From Phoronis australis (taxonomy: Eukaryota; Animalia; Phoronida): a DNA stretch of 53,723 nucleotides. Below the pieces are notes generated by a model that saw only the letters and a program-made list of their open reading frames with translations, had not been told where the DNA came from and searched no databases. Shown here piece after piece: positions 25,636 to 38,488 of this stretch. A program made the translations under genes and the position numbers. The stretch is taken from positions 228,586-282,308 of the forward strand of contig NMRA01000553.1 of assembly GCA_002633005.1 (NCBI GenBank). Reading direction: 5' to 3'. The stretch's first letter is position 1; each line of letters opens with the position of its first letter.

Positions 25636-26325
25636 CTGCAATAGGTAAAAAGAATGATATGTAAAAATAAATCAAATAATGCAAAACATAACCCGATAAA
25701 ATTTCAATGCTGAGTAAAAAGAGGAAAGAAAATTCGTTGACATTCTCTCAGAAGAAAACGCCTAGCAGCTTATTAGTCTTTTATATTTTCTTGAACTTTC
25801 TGAATGTTTTGACAGGAACAATAACATCATGTTCAGTTAATGTGACTTAAAGAGGCTATAAATCCGCGCGTTCCGTCGAAGAAGCAAATTTTTGATTCGA
25901 ACCACTCACCACGGTAATACTGATATCAAGATATTCTTACTTAAAATCTTACTTAGGCGAAAAGTAATTTGCAGTTTTGCACTTCTTGGCAGTTTGTTGG
26001 TCCCCAAGATCATGCTCGTCGCGTAGAATGTCAAATCGTGACCATCTAAATTGCAGAAAGTTGTCTGAAGCAATGACGTGATCTAAACTCTAGTTCATTA
26101 TTTCAACAGAAGAAGGGTTCAAATCCCCTTTAAAAACTTTCTTGATTACGCGGGAGCATTTGATCACGGAACTAAGAAGCACTTACAGAGGTAAGAATTA
26201 AATGAACGTTAAACGTAGGGAAAAATTACGTGTTTATGTCGATTCATGTATGTTTATTCAGCGAAGGATCCTTGACCCCCGTGCAAACTCTCAATTAATA
26301 TTACATACACGTGTGAGGCACTTAC

Positions 26326-26524
26326 GTCTCAGGTCGGCCTGCATGCTCCCGTCCGCAGGACACCGTTTGATATACTCAATGTCACACGGAAACGCCTCCT
26401 TAAGTAGATAATACAATACAGTGTCATATGTTCTCAGTTTGTCTCGTGTGTTCACGTGGTTGTGAATACCGTTGGGTGGATTGGCGTACGCGTTGACACC
26501 AAAGTAACTTTGCACACCCTCTGC
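26326..26524 (-). CDS. Cassette A exon 4: metallopeptidase C-terminal part (AEGVQSYF...KEAFPC)
   Basis: tgcag|GCA GAG...AGA C|gtaagt; 199 nt, same length in B. Confidence 0.88.
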
Positions 26525-27395
26525 CTGCACACAACCAAATTGAAGACAAGGTCATTCCTTTGCTTGAAGTAAAAGAAAAAAAACTTATATATGGTATACG
26601 ATTCTATGAAAAAATACAGGATGACAGGGGTTCGTGTTTGAATACATTTGATTTTTGAAACGAAATCAGAGCGATCAGCTCAAACCGTTATCGCCACCTG
26701 ATTTTCAGAAAAAGCATAACACCTTTCCATTGAAAACCATGCTTTGGGTACATAAACTAACGACCTGGAGTTGGCTAGTCAATGGGTGTGGTAAGTTTAA
26801 TGACAAGAACACGGACTTTTAATGTGCAATACTCAACGTCCCAACGATGCGGACAATAAACTGTGTGGCTTACTAAACTCAGTTGCGAGGAAAGGATCGT
26901 GGTAAGTGACACGGCGAAGCATGAACAGCAAATGGTGGCCACAAGATGTAATTAACAAGATTTTGCTAATTACTTTTCTAAAACAAAGTTATGTGCAGGA
27001 TTCAAAAATATTTTTCGCAGGAACCAGCCCCCAAAAAACCATGGGCGTTATGACTTACGACTCATGTTCACATGGACAGATGTCTAAAATCTACGCACAT
27101 TTGTTGGAAGTCTATTCACAACTAAACTAAATAGTCTGTGTTGTCAAGGTAACAAACGGCAAAGTAGTTAACATCTGAACGAGAAAAGAACTTGTTAGAG
27201 AAAGAAACAGAACTAAAGATTCTGACATCAGGTTTATCGACGCATTAGAGATAAACCGAAATATCCGCCGCATGTAACTTACTCTTGGCGCCTCTGGAGC
27301 CGGACGCAAATATGAGCAAGCACATAGACATCCAGTAACGTAAAAATAACATGAAATTTTGATTCATACAACGTTGGTCAACATTGTTTTCGTAC

Positions 27396-27561
27396 AAAAT
27401 ATTCTTGCACTGTACTCAAAGAGTATGTGTTAGCCCATAGTCCCCGAGAAAGAGCGCTGTTGTATGCTGCTGCAAGACGACTGTTAAAGCCAGATATGGC
27501 GAATTGTGCGCCTAAGATATGGTAACCGTGAGAAAACTCATGCAGTCCGTGGTCCTCACTC
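27396..27561 (-). CDS. Cassette A exon 3: zinc-binding HEFSH motif through YSLSTVQEYF
   Basis: cgcag|G AGT GAG...TAT TTT|gtacga; 166 nt, same length in B; phases match both neighbours. Confidence 0.9.
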
Positions 27562-27951
27562 CTGCGACAAAAAGAGCATTTCAATGACATGGCGAACACA
27601 GAACACTACGATTCAAGACACCATGAAATAGGTATTTTCAACAAATCGCACAAAGTGAATATAATTGGAGCAAAGGTTTTAACCAACAAAAACGAAACCT
27701 CGTTTGACAAAATTACCAAGATCAACGAACTAAATCGACAGTCTTACTGCAGTCGTGTTATCAGCGAAGATCCAACGCGTGCGCGCACGACTTTTGAGAG
27801 ATTTTCTGTATTCGCCGAAATGCAAAGGAACAGTTGAAAACCCCCACTTTTTATAAGAAACGTAGTCTACAGACGAATTGCAGGAAAAGTGGTACATCAA
27901 AAGTGGTGAAACTTTTCCATAATGTAAATCACGTAATACAAGTAACATTAC

Positions 27952-28225
27952 CTATATCTGTCATCTTCATGACACAACACATTCTCTTCACCAGCGGTTG
28001 AGACGGGCGCAGTCATTGTAGCGCTCAGACCGCGTGCCCTACGTGCCCACACTGCGCCTAAGTACGCATGCTCGGGAATATCAGTTGTGTTTTCCCTTAC
28101 GCCTATCAGCGCGAAACGTCCGAAATGCTTGTAGTACGCTTGGCGGACGTCTCTTCTGTGAGCAAACAGGAATCGCACGATGTAACACGCCCTCTTCAGG
28201 GCGTTGTCGCTCAAGGAACTAGATC
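27952..28225 (-). CDS. Cassette A exon 2: metallopeptidase (SSLSDNALKRACY...GEENVLCHEDDRY)
   Basis: tacag|GA TCT...TAT AG|gtaatg; 274 nt, same length in B. Confidence 0.9.
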
Positions 28226-29225
28226 CTGTAAAACCGGCACGATTATTGAACGAAATATGGATAATGTTTTGCAAGAAGCTGTTAAAGTAATGTAATACAA
28301 CACATTAAATACATATCTACATCACAGCAATTGGAATACTGTTACGTTCTTTCTGCGTCATTAGACCCATGGGCGTATGTGCAGAATTGCCCTTGTTTGC
28401 AAACCATTTGTGCAAAAAAGCATTATTTTGGATATAGGCCATAGGCGCGGCAATGCGGCAATACAAGCAGCCAAATTTCTTGAAAATTCACCTATATGTA
28501 CGAACTCCAAAGATACAGAGGCAAACGCAAAAAGATGCTTTTGAGAGGCACAGCAGTAGTCAAAACGGGAGCTCCTATAATGCGAATTAATGTATGGGCT
28601 TATATGCAAAACGTAAGCGCATGCGTCAATCTGAGAACAACTCGGGTAAAAAGGCCGCAAACAAAACGTTATTTCGATATAGGCCCACGGGTCTAAGGGC
28701 GCGACGTTACTGTAGTTACACACCAGAAGTATAGAAGGACAGGTATTGCGATTGCAAGCAAGAAAAAAAAATAAAATAAAAAGTGCATGGCCCACAGGTA
28801 GGCCTCGTTGAAACAGACAAGGGGCCTAATTAGATGAAAGGGCAATTTTATCGACTTTGCTATTAACTTAAATTGGCTTGACTTATACGAATAAAATATT
28901 AAAAAAACGAATGTGGGTAAAACGAAGTATTCAATAGTGAACGAAAACCGATTTCCTTATCAACGACGCAGTTAAGGGATCTAACATCTGTCCCGGAACA
29001 GTATACATGTAGGTGGACTTAGAATAAAGTTGCCGTAGACCTGGCACCGAGTATTATTTAAATTTTCCATCGCTTTACCCAATATCGGCAATCTCCTGGA
29101 AAAGCAGTGCAAGTGTGATAAAGTTAAAAGTGGCTGAAGAAATGATTCCAAATATTCTCAAACAAGTTCATTATAGATTCATAACTTTCTCCATGTTATT
29201 CACTACTGGATGACCTATAGTTTAG

Positions 29226-29473
29226 GGGCCCGTTCCAAGAAACCGACTTAAGTTCATTTTTGACTTAAGTCTAAGATTTGTCTTAATTTCCATACTTTGA
29301 AAATTCCACATCCGGTCATATAGTTAAAATATAGATTGAACTTTTACCAAAAACTTAATTCAAACTTAGGATCTCCTGCTTAAAACAATCTCGAGACAAA
29401 TTTAAGTTTTATCTTAAAATTTACTAATTATTAAGATTTGTCTTAGCTAAGTCAGTTTTGTTGGAACGTGCCC
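29226..29473. mobile_element. PIF/Harbinger-type MITE, TSD TAG, empty site present in paralog B
   Basis: tag|GGGCCCGTTCCAAGAAACCGACTTA...TAAGTCAGTTTTGTTGGAACGTGCCC|tag; B reads tttagatctctagag at ~40190. Confidence 0.9.
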
Positions 29474-29493
29474 TAGATCTCTAGAGACCTTAC

Positions 29494-29673
29494 CTAAGAC
29501 CGGTATACCATAGGCCACCGTATACTTTTGATAGAACAAGCTTAGTCCCCGCGGTCCCATGTGAGACCTACTTCTCAGATGAGACGGGACTCCTCGCACG
29601 CGACCACAAGTGTGCGTGTTCGTGGCCGACCCTGGTCGTTCCCTGTCTTTAAGACTGGGTATTTCTCCATCAT
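29494..29673 (-). CDS. Cassette A exon 1: metallopeptidase N-terminal part (DGEIPSLK...FYQKYTVAYGIPVL); canonical acceptor mutated AG>AT
   Basis: 180-nt match to B exon 40212-40391; donor TTA G|gtaagg. Confidence 0.75.
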
Positions 29674-29830
29674 ATGAAAAGAAAAAACAAGATGTCCATT
29701 TCTTAAAATTCGTTAATAATTTAGGCTTTATCCATTTCTTAAAGCGCAAAAAATCTCCAATTTCGTATCAAAACTCCAAATAATCTCAGCAGCCGACCAG
29801 TTGTCAATTTAGAGCATCTGAAAACATTAC

Positions 29831-29872
29831 CTGGCGTTATGCTTATGAGCTGATCTTGCGTTACGAAACATA
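29831..29872 (-). CDS. Possible 42-nt micro-exon upstream of cassette A (CFVTQDQLISITP)
   Basis: tgtag|...CCA G|gtaatg, phase 1-1; both splice sites conserved in B (40505-40561). Confidence 0.35.
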
Positions 29873-32218
29873 CTACAAAGAATTGGGACAAGCAATCACA
29901 GCATTACTCATCCTCTCATGTGTTTGGTGTTTAAAACGTCAGGTATTGCTGTGTGTCTTCCTATGGTTTGAGGTATCCCTTATCTTGCTGTACACGAGTT
30001 CAGTCGTCAACCCATTTATAGTTTTCAGTACTGTGAGCGAGTTTACTCGCTTATGATAAGGTGCAGCTGTGTGCAGTGGGCGAGTGCACTCACCCCTGGC
30101 CACATGTGATTTTTATTAAGAAATTGTGAAAGCCCTGTATGTTGTATAGATTGGTGAGTATGCCCATTTCAAAGTTTACACTTTCCTCTTGGCTTTGATG
30201 TTTTACACAGCATGGTTCTGATCCATAAGTTTGAAGATATTTGTTAATTTGTGAAAATGTGTTGGTGGAGTTTGCAATGACTGAAAGCAAAGACCTGGTG
30301 ATGACTGGGCCAGTTTTTAGAAGTGTGTTTCAATTCCTTTTGACAGTGATAACGAATGTGACTTAGCACTTGAAAGTGACCGTGACAGTGACCGGAAGTT
30401 AATAGTGAAACGGATTCCAAAGACTCTGATCACAGTGTTGTTGTGGACGATCTGAAGGGAGTTCACGGTGCAGTTGTTAGTGCATACGATGATGGGTGGG
30501 CGTCTCAAACACGATAAATATACACCTGAGTTGGATGTTTTATGATTTTTTTCACTAGCGAAGTGTTCAGGACAGTCATTTAATGACAATTTAGAATAAA
30601 TTGTGACATTGATGAGTAAGTGTAAAGACATTAGATGCCGGCACACTCTTAGTAAAATGTCTTGCCTTAATTCCTATTAGTAAATATTGTACACATTTTT
30701 GATTCCAACCGACTGAAACGATGAAACGCTAGAAATAATAACGCTTCCTGAAATGAAATTCAACTGTAACCGGTTATTCGTTGGATTAGAATCGTGGGAT
30801 GTGAGTGATGTATGAAATTCTTTTGTTTGATCCCACATGCACGCCCGTTGCCGTTGGCTGCTAGTGCTAGGTCTGACCATCTGAGTGCAATTTTCTACGT
30901 GCCGCCGAAACGGGACACAAAGTGCTATTTTCGTTACTGCAAATGTGTTTTAAATTGCCGTTTATGTATTTCAATTTATTTTGACATTTTCGTGTTCTAT
31001 TTTGTGACTCGAGTTTTGTAGTTCGAGAGAAGTGATCACTTGACAGAAATTCCGCCAGCCTATTTTCAGTGTCCTGGTAGTTATTTCGTATGTCACATAG
31101 TTTCTTCTACACCAGCGTGGCTTATGAACAATTAACTCCTGTAATTACTGTTTGAAACTGAAAAGTTTGGCCAACTTAGGATTGTGGTTGATGCATTCTA
31201 TAGTTTAAAGTGTGTTTTTATTTTCATTTTTCCATTGGGGTATGAGCCACAGGTTTCCGTCTCGACTTTTTTTCCATTTGCGTTTTGATCAATTTTTTGG
31301 AATTAAATATGTATGTATTTCAGGCTTTCCATATAATCTTTGGAACGATTTACAATTTTTTTTGTTTTTGTAATTTTGTATGTTAATAATAAGAATTGAA
31401 AATAATTTTAGGCCTACAGGTCTCCCTGCAGCAAATCAAGAATAAGCTCCTGCCACTCATACTGCAAATTTTTCATCATTATCTTTATTTTTTAATTCTA
31501 AAAAATATTTTTTGTTGCATCTAATTGCCTTCATTGTTGTTGCTGAAATAGATGTCAGGTACTGCTCAAGATGAGTGCGTTTTGCCAACAGACACATTAA
31601 GAGGGCATCTTGTGATACTAATGTTTACTTTCGATCTGTTGAGGTATGGTTTAGATTGAAATGTGTAGTTAGGGCGGTAAAAATTTCTTCTTTTATGACA
31701 TGGGTCATTTCAAGCCTTGAGAAAGAGATCTTAAATTTGACGTAAGTTTGACTTTATTACAAGATGTGGACGGTTCAACTTTTGGAAGTTGAAAAAATCT
31801 TAGATTTAAGTAAAAATGAATTTAAGTCAGGTTTTTGGAACGTGCTCTACTTGTATGATGATACACCCGTATTCTCGCGTGATCTTGCGTTTTCACGAGG
31901 TTCTCACGTCTACGGGTCGCAAGCCTCATGCTCACCATCGAAAGGCTTTGTTAATCGTTGACATCCCTCACAAAGGTTAACCCCTTTGCAACCAAACTAG
32001 TCTATAATGTAGTCGATGATGTCATCTTCTAGCAATTACCGTCGTCAATTAAGTCATCATCTTACAATCACACAAATACTACAAATACTATATATTACAA
32101 GGAAGGAGTATCGTTGATGCAAGATTTTGGTCATAGCAAGAAAAAAAGGCGACGATTAAAAGCAGCGTTGGTGTGCACGCACGCACATACAGAGAATTGC
32201 TTTCATGCCACGGAGGGT

Positions 32219-32490
32219 CTAACAAATTTTGGTGTTGAGACATGTAGGTTTTCGAATGAGTGACAACGAAGCTTCTATCACGACCAATCTTAACAAAGGT
32301 GTAGTTGTTCGTTCGTTAGTAGAACGTTGCCGACTAAACGTATGAATTCCCTCACCACCGCCGCCGTCGCCGCCGTCGCCATTACATGTGTTACAACTTC
32401 CTTTACAATTTTCGTACATCCAGGTGGAGCAGCGATCACACCAGCCATCACTTGCCCACAGAGGGCACTGACGATGGGAATCCTCACAGT
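32219..32490 (-). CDS. Cassette B exon 6: ShK domain plus Gly tail; probably ends at the phase-1 donor G|gtgagg after 32356, otherwise reads to the stop at 32219
   Basis: cacag|AC TGT GAG GAT; CEDSHRQCPLWASDGWCDRCSTWMYENCKGSCNTC. Confidence 0.8.
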
Positions 32491-32822
32491 CTGTGAATTC
32501 ACAAAAACAAACGTAACAAGATTAAATACTACCCGCAAAACAGTGAAAGGATGGATAACTTCTTCATACTACCTACGAGGCCAATCCCGAACTGCAAACT
32601 TGCAAGACTTGCATGACCGAAAATTCTCACTGTTGATGTCTAACAGCTAAGATATCCTGAATTTGCAAGCCCATCAGAACGATTATCCTTACCCATTATA
32701 ATAACAAATAGAGTTCAGATTTTCATGTTGTGTAGGATATTTTCCAAAAGGATACCCAAAAAAACATGGACAAAAGAAGCGTTTACAGACAGATAAGGAA
32801 AACGTGGGTTCTCAAAACCTAC

Positions 32823-32915
32823 TTTTGCCACCATCACCGCCTCCAGTACCACCACCACCACCACCCCCTCCAGCACCACCTCCACCACAAGTCATTACTT
32901 GAGCATGTTCCTCTC
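32823..32915 (-). CDS. Cassette B exon 5: poly-Gly linker
   Basis: ttgcag|...AAA A|gtaggt; 93 nt (18 nt longer than A, in frame). Confidence 0.8.
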
Positions 32916-33555
32916 CTGCAATAGGTAAAAAAGACCTGTATGTAAAAATAATTCAAACAATACAAAACATACCGGATAAAATTTCAAGTCTGAGTAAAAA
33001 TGAAAGAAAAGTCGTGAACATGCTTCGGAAAAAACACCAAACATTTTTTTCTTCTTTGTTATTTTCTGAAATTCCTGAGCATCTTGACAGGAACAAAAAC
33101 ACAATGTTCAACTTAAAACGGCTATAAATTCATGAGTCCCGTCCAAGAAACGAAGTTTTGATTTAAACCACTAACCACGGTAAAACTGATATCAAGATAT
33201 CTTTACTTAGGCGAAAAGTAATTTGCAGGTTTGCACTTCTTGGCAGTTTGTTGGTCTCCAAGATCATGCTCGTCGCGTAGAATGTCAAATCGTGACAATC
33301 TAAATTGTAGAGAGTGGTCTGAAGCAATAACGTGATCTAAGCCCTAGTTCATTATTTCAATAGAAGACAGGTTTAAACCCCCTTTAAAACTTTCTTGATT
33401 TGACCAAGGAACTAGGAAGCACTCACAGAATTAAGAATCAAATGAATGTTAAACGTAGGGAAAAAGTGTCGAATCATGTATGTTTCTACAGCGTAGGATC
33501 CTTGACCCTCGTTCAAACACTCAATTCATGTTACATGTACGCGTGAGGCACTTAC

Positions 33556-33754
33556 GTCTCAAGTCGGCCTGCGTGCTCCCTTTTGCAGGACACCGTTTGA
33601 TATACTCAATGTCACACGGAAACGCCTCCTTAACTAGATAATACAATACCGTGTCATATGTTCTTAGTTTGTCTCGTGTGTTCACGTGGTTGTGAATACC
33701 GTTAGGTGGACTGGCGTACGCGTTGACACCAAAGTAACTTTGCACACCCTCTGC
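33556..33754 (-). CDS. Cassette B exon 4: metallopeptidase C-terminal part
   Basis: 199 nt, canonical splice sites, near-identical to A. Confidence 0.88.
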
Positions 33755-35522
33755 CTGCACACAACCAAATTGAAGACAGTGTCATTCGTTTGCTTGAAGT
33801 AAAAGGCAAAACATTTGATGTGCGATTTTATGAAAAATATAGGATGGCAGGGCTTCATGTTTAAATAAATTTGATTTTTCCGAAGTCAGAGCGATCAGCT
33901 CAAACCGCTATCGCCACCTGATGCTCGAAAAAAGCATAATGCCATTAACTGAGAATCATTGCTTTCGGTATAAAAACTAATTACGTGGAAGGGGCTGGGC
34001 TATTAGACCATTAGACCAGCAGCCCATATGAACGAGGTACCAACATCTGACCATAGGAGCACTTAGAGTCCACCTCAGTGTATACAGAAGTGCACGTCTG
34101 CCGTTGTCTGCAGTCTGGGTATGAACCCTGGGGACCAAAGAAGAGGGCCAAAAATGAGCTAGATGTGGTGCCGGCCAAAACTGATTTAAATGGACAATAT
34201 TATCGCACTGAACACCGAATGACCCATGACAGACAAAGTGCACTCTGGAATGGGTCCGACAGAAAGCAAAAATAAGCCCTTAAAAATGAGCTACCTCATA
34301 CAGTGTACATTCGAGGTACCACACAAAACCAATCTCATGTTATTCAATACATGTTACTGATAGGTAAATGCCCCATGACAGACAGACGCACTGTGGGATG
34401 TGCCCGCCAGAAACCACCACCTCCAAAATGTCAACCATCGTATGCTATTGAAAATTTGAGCTAAATTAGGAATTCGAGGTACCAGCTATAACTGATTTAA
34501 AACTAAAAATAGTACCGCAGTGAACACCGAATGACCCATGCCAGACAAACTGTAATCTGGAGATGGTCCGCCAGAAACACAAAAAGGAGCCCTCAAAATG
34601 AGATAGCTCACACATTCGAGATACCACAAATAACAATTCCACGTGTTCCAATACATGACACTGATCATTAAATGCCCCATGATAGACAAAATACACTCTG
34701 GTCTGTGCCCACCAGAAACCCCCGCAATTGTCAACCACAGTATGCCACTGGAAATTTGAGCTAGATTAGATATTCTACATGTAGGTACCAGCTAAAACCG
34801 ACCCGATTTAAAACGAACAACAGTACTGGACTGAACACCGAATGACCAATGAAAGATATACAATTGCACTCTGGAAAAGGTCACCCAGAAACCCATTAAA
34901 GACCCCCTGAAACTGAGCTGGGTCATACATTCAAGGTATCACAAAAAGCAAGTTCATGTGATTCCATACATGTCACTAATTACTAAATGTTTTGTGTTGT
35001 GTCCGCTAGAAATCTCCAAAAACCTCTACCACGGTATGCCATTGAAAGTGTGAGCTACATATATATTTGTGGTACCTGCTGACTTAAAACCAACAATCGT
35101 GCCACAATGAAGACCGGCAGACCCATGAAAAACAAATAGCACTCGGCAAAGGGTCCTGTAGAATCTCAAAAATGACGCCCAAAAAGGAGCTAGCTCATCC
35201 TTTCGAGATACCATAAAAAACAATTCCATATGACGTTACTGGTTACTATATGGCATATGACAGACAAAAACCCATTCTGGGTTGTGCATACCAGCCCTAG
35301 AAATCTCAAGCACGTAATTCTGTTTAAAACGTGTGATGTATTTATTAGATAAAGAAGATTCCGGTTAAATCTTGGTAGAGTTTTGTAGAATCAAGAATTT
35401 CGACAAGGAGGGTTCCTAGTTTGCAGTTCATGGCGAAATCTTGTATTTCTGTAATAGTTTCGCGTTTACTGAACTCTGTCTTTGCTTAAAATCCATGATA
35501 GAGTTTCACGGAGTGCCTATAA

Positions 35523-36099
35523 GAGGATTGTTCTAAAACCCCCTCAACCCGCAACCCCCTCGACCCACGCCCCACGACCCCCTCGACCCACTACCTGTGG
35601 CAATAGAGGTATTTTTGTGTGGCTGAGTGACTTCCAAGTAAGACATACCTACACGCGAGTCTACCCTGGCTCAAGTCTGGTGGTTAAAAACAGAAAGTGG
35701 CGTGAAAATGTGATCTGAAATAGCACATTGTGAGCGCGCTATCATTGTCACGGAAATAGTTCCACGAGCGGCTACCACTGGCCCAGTTCTACTAAACTTA
35801 GGGAGAGAGTACGTTATCGTGAATATACATGATTTCACATTTTTATTATTTCCTTTCTATTCTGTATTCGTTTACAATATACTCCGTGTAATGTTGAAAT
35901 ACATTTTAGTAAACAGCTTGTTTTGTGAAACTGTACTTACTGATGAAATTACAGTTTTGTCGGTTCCTCGCACTTTCCGCCAAAAAGCTCGAATGTGCCA
36001 TNTTGTGGGTCATGGGTCGAGGGAGTCGTGGATCGAGGGGGTCGTGCGGTTCGGGGGTCGAGGGGGTCAAAGGGGTCGAGGGGTTTTAGAACAATTCCC
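35523..36099. mobile_element. Nested MITE with TTGTTCTAAAACCCC TIRs and CCCCTCGA subterminal repeats
   Basis: gaggattgttctaaaacccc ... ggggttttagaacaattccc; flanks taa/aaa. Confidence 0.8.
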
Positions 36100-36439
36100 A
36101 AATAGATGTTGGCGGAAAAAAAGCATCTTGGAAAAAACCTGATAACACTAAAACTTTGGGATACCAGGAACTGCCAAAAAACAACCCATCTAGTGTAGTA
36201 TAATGAGTTATAGAAGCAGCACTCCTAGCAAGAAAAATATACTTCAGCGACAGGACACATGGCCCTTAAACTTGCATTAAATTGAGGAACCATGGAAATG
36301 ATTTGCAAAGAGCCCTTACATTACATTGACTACTAAACAATGCTTTTAAAGAAAAACAATAGGCGTGTTTTTAAAAAGAATTTCAAATCTAAATAAACTA
36401 GAAATATTCATCTCAACGCTTTGAAACAGCCACCCAACA

Positions 36440-36690
36440 ACTACAATAACATTGGTGTCAGAGGCAATGATCAATGCATCGTCAGCTGAATTGGCTACGT
36501 GGACGGTAAGAAACGTGTCGACCTCTTCATGGGAACCTTGAGAATCCGTTGGATGATCAGAGGCCATGGCACCAATGTAAGAAAGACGAATACATTGGCG
36601 CCATGACAGACAATAAGTGTTTTCTCCCCAAGAATTTGTCCATATGGGTCTTTCTGCCATTCTTGAAAGAGGAAGTTTGTCAAACTGTCC
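36440..36690 (-). pseudogene. Frameshifted fragment of an XPG/PIN-like nuclease domain, as in Academ-type transposon proteins
   Basis: LTNFLFQEW... and SHEEVDTFLTVHVA...IIASDTNVIVV match the HEEADT / SDTDV acidic motifs. Confidence 0.6.
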
Positions 36691-38322
36691 TTAAAATATC
36701 CCGTTCTGTATGCCGGTATTTTTCAACAAGACAATTTTAAGTGTTAAATTTGCGCTACGCTGGTTTACGGAAAGAAGTTACATTTGTCCTAAACGAAATA
36801 TTTAGGCCCTAAAACCATGTGCGTTTAAATATCTTTGTTGTACCGTAATTTAAAAAATAAAAGTTAACCATGTAAAAGAACTCAATCCAGTTTTTCGTGT
36901 TGCTGACAGTATACGATGTACTGTGTATTTGCCTATTGCCCCGATCTTTGCGGACTGTCCCACTTATTTTGAAATTTCCGCCATTCCGTCACACCGTCTA
37001 AATGCCTCGCTTTTTGATGCACAGCTAAATTGACATACAATCACATACTATTTTCATTTTCCTCGCGACATAGCCATATTTTCCCGATCGACTAAAATGG
37101 AAAAATCGGATCAGTTTCTATAGCTCTTTATACTACAGTAGCTGCAAACTAGGCACATGATCACAACACATTCCTCATGGAAATTCTTGATTTGACGAAA
37201 CACTCCCAAGACTTAACCGGGATCTTCATTGTCAAATATATCATATAGTTTCATCAGAATTAGTGGTATGAGATTTCTGAGGCTGGTGTGCACAACCCAG
37301 AGTGGGTTTTGTCTGTACAGGCCACTTACTAACCAGAAACTTCTATTTGGTACGAATGTATGAGCTACATGTAGCTCCATTTGGGCGTCGTTTTCAGTTT
37401 CTGGCGATCGTTTCAAGAGGACATTCAATTTGTCTGTCATGTGGCATTGCTTCCTTTCTGCCATCATACATTTGGCACTCAATTTGTTTGTCGTGGGTCA
37501 TTCGGTGTCTCTTGCGGTACTATTTTCCGTTTTAAATCAGTTTTGGCCGGTCCTTCGAATATCTAATCTGGCTCATTTTTTGACCCCCTTGTAAAGTCCT
37601 CCAGGGGCGCACCCAAAGTGCAGACAACGACAGACGTTCATCTCCGTATATACTGAGGTGGACTATACATGGTCCTTTGGTCAGATGCTGGTATCTCGGC
37701 CATCTACTGTATACTAAGTACTCTGGGNTTGGGGGGGGGGGGGGGTTAGTTTATTAAAAGAAAATGTTCTTTTAATGTACATCAACGTCCCAACTATGCT
37801 GGCAAAAAACTGTGAGGCTTATTATACTCAGTTGCTAAGTAACAATAAAATGGAAATATGGCAAGGTGAAGCATGAAAAGCAAATGGTGGACACAAGATG
37901 TAACCGGCAAGATTTTTCTAGTTATTTTTCTAAAACAAAGTTATGAGCAGTATTCAAAAATGTGCGTCCGTGAACCAACCCCAACAAGCCATGGACGTAA
38001 CGATTTCAGACTCTTTCATTTGGGCAAATTCCTAAAATCGACAGATTTATGTTGAAAATTAATCTAAAACTAAGCGAAATATTATGTGCTTTCAGGATAA
38101 TAAATGTTGAAGCACTTAACAACTGAAAGAGAAAGGAACTTGTTAGAGCAAAAACAGAGCTAAAGATTCTGACATCACGTTTGTCAACGCATTACAGTAG
38201 ATGTTAACCGAAACATTTGTAGCAAGTAACTTACTCTCGGCGCCTCAGGAGCCGGGTGCAAATACATGTATGTGCAAACACAAAAATCTGATCCATACAA
38301 CGTTTATCAACATTTTTCGTAC

Positions 38323-38488
38323 AAAATATTCTTGCATTGTACTCAAAGAGTATGTGTTAGCCCACAGTCCCCGAGAACGAGCGCTGTTGTATGCTGCTGC
38401 AAGACGACTGTTGAAGCCAGATATGGCGAATTGGGCGCCTAAGATATGGTAACCGTGAGAGAATTCGTGCAGTCCGTTATCCTCAGTC
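38323..38488 (-). CDS. Cassette B exon 3: HEFSH zinc-binding motif through YSLSTMQEYF
   Basis: 166 nt, cccag|G ACT GAG...TAT TTT|gtacga. Confidence 0.9.

Larger units (their letters stand above)
34012..37716. mobile_element. ~3.7-kb decayed DNA transposon with very long sub-repeated TIRs (Academ-like) in a cassette B intron
   Basis: 34033 cgaggtaccaacatctgacc...gtccacctcagt is inverted to ~37600-37698, and 35270-35430 is inverted to 37140-37310. Absent from the A intron. Exact ends uncertain. Confidence 0.75.

Noticed and set aside
30093-30680. Conserved block upstream of both cassettes (paralog ~40760-41310) ending in a gtgagt donor, as a coding exon or signal peptide
   Set aside because: No frame is open in both copies and no hydrophobic leader is present; may be UTR or a dead exon.
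33532-33539. TACATGTA as another insertion footprint
   Set aside because: Paralog A has TACATACA at the same length (26302), so this is substitution, not an indel.
34150-35300. Regularly spaced repeats resembling a CRISPR array
   Set aside because: Units are ~290-bp diverged tandem copies without unique spacers, inside a transposon arm in eukaryotic DNA; no cas genes.
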